A DNA stretch of 64,000 bases from an uncultured Actinomycetes bacterium (GTDB lineage Bacteria > Actinomycetota > Thermoleophilia > RBG-16-64-13): assembly GCA_963706025.1 (NCBI GenBank), contig CAVPLM010000005.1:704001-768000 (forward strand). The letters run 5' to 3'. Below are positions 61,477-64,000 of the stretch, piece after piece. Made by a program: the position numbers and the translations under genes. The notes under the pieces were generated by a model, which was given only the letters and a program-made list of their open reading frames with translations, was not told the origin of the DNA and searched no databases. Position 1 is the stretch's first letter. Each line of letters begins with the position of its first letter.

Positions 61477-64000
61477 CTAGCGTGCCTCCGGACCTCCCGG
61501 CGGATCCTGAGGCTCGATGAGAGTGAGGAGGGAGGACTGCTGTGGGTCTTTGGCCAGGAAACGGCGGATCCATTCCTGGCCGCCGGGGGAGGTGACGATC
61601 TCACCGAAGGCTTCGGCGTCGTGAGCGAGTCCCTGCCGAAACCCATGCTCGAAGCCGTAGGCCATAGCTTCGAGGGCGGCGCGGCCGGCAGCCCTGCGCG
61701 CGGCCGCCAGCTCGGTGGCCTCGGTCGAGTCCGGAACGGGCGCGGACAGCAGGGTCTGTACGTCGGACCGAGCCAGCAGTGAGGCCAATTCGCCCGCCCG
61801 GCGCCGCCCTTCGGCATCCCAGTCGCGGCGCGCGATCGCGCGCGCGCCGCCGGTCAGATCGAGGGCGACACTGTAGGCACGCCGGATAGCCGTGGCCGCC
61901 GGGTACACCTCATCCACCAGACCTGCCTGCCTCGCCGTCTCGGCGTCGATGGGCTCACCGTTCACGCAGAGGTCTGCCGCGAGGGCGGGTCCCACCAGCC
62001 GGGGGAGCCGCTGCATTCCGCCGTAGCCCGGGAATATGCCGAGCTTCACCTCCGGCTGTCCAAAGCGCGCGCTCTCGGTGGCTATACGGTAGTGAGCAGA
62101 CATGGCGAGCTCGTTCCCTCCGCCCAGCGCAAACCCGTCGACGACGGCCACCACCGGCACCGGCAGCTCTTCCAGCTCACGAAACACTCGGTTGACCTTG
62201 GCCGCCAACCCGGCCACCACCTTCGCGGAAGCATCGACGAACCCCGTCACGTCCGCGCCGGCCACGAAGGAGCGGCCATGACCGGTCAGAACGATCGCGG
62301 CGATGCGCGTACCCTCCAGACCTCCGTGCTCACGAAGCTCCCGCACCAGACCGTCGAGCTCCTCGACGAGCCCCTCGTTGAGCGCGTTGAGAGCCTCCGG
62401 GCGCGTCAGCGTGACCAGAGCGACCTCCCCGATGAGGCTCACGTCGAGATAGCGGCCGGCGGCGGGGTTTGCCTCGCGGAGCAGGTACCCGAAATAGGCC
62501 CTTACGTAGTCAGCCAGAGGGCGGTCGACCCGGTCGGCCTGCACAAGGGCGACGCCCTTGGACCTCCTCATGGTGCCGTCGAGCATCCGCTGCTGGATAA
62601 GAGGCAGCTCGGGAAGACCTACCACCTCCAGGTCCTCCTCCTCCATCATCATGCGGCCGTTGGCCAACAGTCGCACCACCTCCGCGGCCTGTGCCGCCCC
62701 GATACATGTGCGATCCGCTGATGGTGAGGTCGTAGCCGCCCCGGACCACCACGTGACCGCAGGGAAACACATCTTTCTCGTCGAAGTCGCGGGCAAGGAA
62801 CGTACTGTACTGGAGCGTGCTCCGGCCTGATTGGTCGAACACCACGTCAGGACTCCTCCGTGTCCCCCACACCTGCCAGAGCGCCTTGCCCAGCGCCTGC
62901 GCGTGGACGGAGGTAGCCGGATGTGTATTCCGGGTTGGGTCGCCCTTCGGGCAGGAGGGGGTCGGGCATGTCCGCGGGGAGGGTGAAGACATCGCTGTCA
63001 AGGACATTCGTCTCCGCCACGCCCAAAGCCCGGATGGCAGCCACACCCTCACCCTCGCGACTCTCTGAGGCCAGCACCACGACGTCCGCGCTTCGGCGAA
63101 GCAGAGCTTCCACCGCCGCTCGAGCGCCTTCGCCCGCGCCCCACACCAGGGCGCGGCGACCCGGCGGAAAGCCTATCTCCGCGAGGACGGTGGCAGGCGC
63201 CGACCTTCGGAACATCACCTGTTTCTGGCGCATCCACACCCAGCGGGCATCCATGACGTACCGGCAGCCGTCGTAGAAGAAGGTCTGCTTGTACTCCCCT
63301 TTCACACCCTGGCCCGTAGCCCCGAAGAAGGCGAGTGTTCCTCCCGGTCGCAGGCAGGAGACGAGAAGTGGGAAGTTGGTGCCGCCGGTGTGCTCGAAAA
63401 CCTTGTCCACGGGGCCGCCGGCCGCCGCGAAGACCGCTTGGCGGAACGGCTCGGTGCGCGCCTGCCACGCCTCTGGGTCTTCGCCGGCGGGAAGCACGCC
63501 GAACACCTCGCGCGGCATGGTACGCCGGTCCACATACGCGTCCACCAGCCCCCGATCGACAAGCGACTGCATGAGCTCCGGATTGGAGCCCACGAGGACG
63601 ACCCGGGCGCCGAGCGCCTTACCCAGTTGGGCACCCGCATAGCTCGTGCCTTTGCCTCCCCCCATGACAAGAAGAGACTCCCCGGGCTGGACGTTCAAGC
63701 GTTCCACCACGGCCCGGTACGCCGTCCCGTAGGTGAGGATCAGCGGAGCCAGACGGATGGGCGTCTGGCCCTCGAGCTCCGGCGGCACGGGGATCGCCCG
63801 CTCCTCCTCGATGACGGCGAACTGCGCGTTGAAGCCATCGTGCGTCTCGTAGCCGCGGATGTTGAAGCCCGTCCAACTGTCCAAGATCACGGCCTGGCCC
63901 AGTTTCAGCCCGCGCACGGCCGGTCCGGCGTCGACCACGAGGCCGACGGCGTCACTTCCCGGGATGTGCAGCCTGGCCGGGTCGCCTCTCCCGAACGGCG
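61477..64000 (-). CDS. MDR/crotonyl-CoA-reductase-like domain followed by an enoyl-CoA hydratase domain (5' end off window; indels near 62900 and 62710)
   Basis: HIPGSDA, GYET..G, LTYGTAYRA, VFEHTG..F; then ALNAL, FVAGAD, GGGNELA, FGQPEVKLG. Confidence 0.8.

Overview
A ~64 kb, high-GC core-chromosome window from a probably anaerobic Gram-positive bacterium. A deep-branching Actinomycetota (Thermoleophilia-like) is inferred from gene content, a Gram-positive LexA box and leaderless-type promoters. It carries housekeeping clusters (rsmI-metG-tatD-rsmA-ispE-tRNA-Gln-glmU-prs, hisDBHAF, gcvPA/PB, modABC, gdhA, pgi, nfo, dinB), a vapBC pair, an lsrF-epimerase-aldolase/SDR cluster and a Ni/Co ECF transporter with a Fur-family regulator. 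Many genes are split by small indels, most likely long-read consensus errors. No CRISPR array, IS element or prophage was seen. Three observations stand out. (1) Two selenoproteins are missed by the ORF track: SelD (U16) and a 406-aa GNAT-like/His-rich/rhodanese fusion with a CxxxxU site. The fusion is translationally coupled to an O-methyltransferase, and both genes have a SECIS-like hairpin starting 13 nt after the UGA. (2) A parA-ftsZ operon lies outside any dcw cluster, and its FtsZ carries an ~80-aa N-terminal extension starting with a ParB-like, putatively ParA-stimulating peptide. (3) A ~165-nt rod-like structured RNA lies directly upstream of that operon.
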